From the NCBI GenBank assembly GCA_030141605.1, contig JAQGDQ010000023.1:1157747-1221746 (forward strand): DNA of 64,000 bases, written 5' to 3'. The translations under genes and the position numbers were made by a program. The notes below the pieces were generated by a model. That model was not told the origin of the DNA, ran no database searches, and worked only from the letters and a program-made list of their open reading frames with translations. Positions within the stretch are counted from its first letter, which is position 1, and each line of letters starts with the position of its first letter. Below are positions 63,801 to 64,000 of this stretch, in pieces. The stretch comes from Tubiluchus corallicola. Taxonomy: Eukaryota > Animalia > Priapulida.

Positions 63801-64000
63801 ATATATTTGAGATTAGCAGTATATGTTTTCTGTCCAGATGTTTGGAATTGCTTTAGATGAGTTCTGACTAGATGTTTTAAATCGTTTTCCAAGCTTTAGA
63901 ACCAAACGCTCAAGTTTGGCTATGCATGTCTTGGTATGAGCTAATTGAGGGTGCCTGTGTATGTCTCTGTTAAGACGCTCAGCATTGACGGTAGAAGTCT

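Larger units (their letters stand above)
39538..64000. repeat. Satellite DNA array: ~185-210 bp monomer variants in variable higher-order arrangements; continues past the window end
   Basis: GTAGAAG anchors at 41014, 41220, 41430, 41640 and 41823 give periods of 206, 210, 210 and 183. Multi-monomer periods of ~600 bp (59149>59750, 60316>60915) and 1412 bp (50833>52245, 51679>53091). Confidence 0.97.

Noticed and set aside
39538-64000. CRISPR-like appearance (constant segments alternating with variable ones)
   Set aside because: The variable parts are a few recurring homologous variants rather than unique spacers. There are no cas genes and the context is eukaryotic.

Overview
AT-rich animal (invertebrate-type) genomic DNA. 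Bases 1-37 kb hold the 3' part of a Shaw/Kv3-family voltage-gated K+ channel gene on the + strand. Four exons can be linked with matching splice phases (3169-4005, 22823-22973, 32465-32860, 33478-33596). Its introns and flanks are packed with nested, mostly decayed transposons: Gypsy, BEL/Pao, CR1/L2, RTE, L1/Tx1, Penelope-like, hAT, P-like, Academ-like and a MITE. At about 37.1 kb a Gypsy 5' half (LTR, tRNA-Leu PBS, gag, protease) is cut off by a satellite array that runs from about 39.54 kb to the end of the window. The array has ~185-210 bp monomers built from ~35-bp subunits and arranged in variable higher-order units. A near-full-length RTE LINE (42679-45835, minus strand, 8-bp TSD) sits in the satellite, and its 5' end is the 3' cleavage product of a twister ribozyme. 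A second RTE fragment (26.0-26.75 kb) carries an HDV-like ribozyme candidate. All calls were made by eye with no database searches, so boundaries of decayed elements are approximate.
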